Part shown: piece after piece, positions 63,637-64,000 of the stretch
Position numbering within the stretch: the first letter of the stretch is position 1
How the letters are laid out: each line of letters starts with the position of its first letter
Source of the DNA: Octopus bimaculoides
Taxonomy: Eukaryota
Length of the DNA stretch: 64,000 bases
Direction: 5' to 3'
NCBI RefSeq assembly: GCF_001194135.2
Contig: NC_068984.1
Coordinates: 80,179,488-80,243,487 of the forward strand
Translations under genes and position numbers: made by a program
Notes under the pieces: generated by a model
Database searches by the model: none
Told to the model about the DNA's origin: nothing
Seen by the model: only the letters and a program-made list of their open reading frames with translations

Positions 63637-64000
63637 ACACAAACCCCTTCAGGTAGATGGCCCTGCTCGATCTGTAGAAAAGGTGTAGGTAGAATCTCCT
63701 TAAGATGTACCCAGTGTAAGCTATGGACACATAAGACGTGCAGCAATATCAAAGGATGGCTAACTAGCAAGATAGTTTTTGTATATGGCAAATGCTCAGG
63801 AGCAAAAAACACTGAGAATGTGCAGAAAACAACCACCAGGGTGAAAAACTAGATGTAGTTGATAGCTTCCGCTACCTAGGTGACCAAGTTTGTAGCGGGG
63901 GAAGGTGCACTGAAAGTGTAGCTGCTGGAATAACAATAGCCTGGGCAAAGTTTAGAGAGCTCTTACCTCTGCTGGTGACAAAAACCTCTCACTCAGGGTA
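63637..64000 (+). pseudogene. RTE-type LINE ORF fragment with a PHD-like zinc finger, running off the window
   Basis: SGRWPCSICRKGVGRISLRCTQCKLWTHKTCSNIKG..YGKC, a frameshift, then GEKLDVVDSFRYLGDQVCSGG..AWAKFRELLPLL (RT YLG motif). Confidence 0.85.

Noticed and set aside
13580-63730. Long ORFs of 150-430 aa containing X runs
   Set aside because: Their length comes from N gaps.
1677-63836. Dozens of ORFs rich in YI, CV, HT, LS and ER dipeptides
   Set aside because: They are translations of (AT)n, (GT)n, (CA)n, (CT)n and (TATC)n microsatellites, not proteins.

Overview
AT-rich, repeat-saturated eukaryotic genomic DNA with many N gaps and very dense (AT)n, (CA)n, (GA)n, (TATC)n, (AAT)n and (GAT)n microsatellites. 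The repeat families look like those of a coleoid cephalopod, probably Octopus (inference from repeat motifs; no database check). Nearly all ORFs in the supplied track are microsatellite or gap artefacts. Supported content: (1) a + strand intron-rich protein-coding gene seen as three small GT-AG exons (321-383, 3104-3149, 12994-13095) that join in phase into one stop-free peptide I cannot identify, plus weaker downstream exon candidates; (2) at least five tRNA-headed SINE-like or LINE-tail families in dozens of copies; (3) decayed autonomous elements: RLE-type (R4/Dong-like) non-LTR retrotransposons, RTE-type LINE fragments (one with a PHD-like finger), a Penelope-like element, and a near full-length hAT (Buster/Charlie-like) transposase pseudogene; (4) several MITE or foldback inverted-repeat elements and a Helentron/DINE-like element. 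There are no rRNA, true tRNA or CRISPR features. I found no demonstrably new biological system. The best leads are the unidentified small-exon gene, the near-perfect intronic inverted repeats (possible dsRNA/ADAR or back-splicing substrates), and hairpin-forming tandem units in an RTE-derived 3' UTR.
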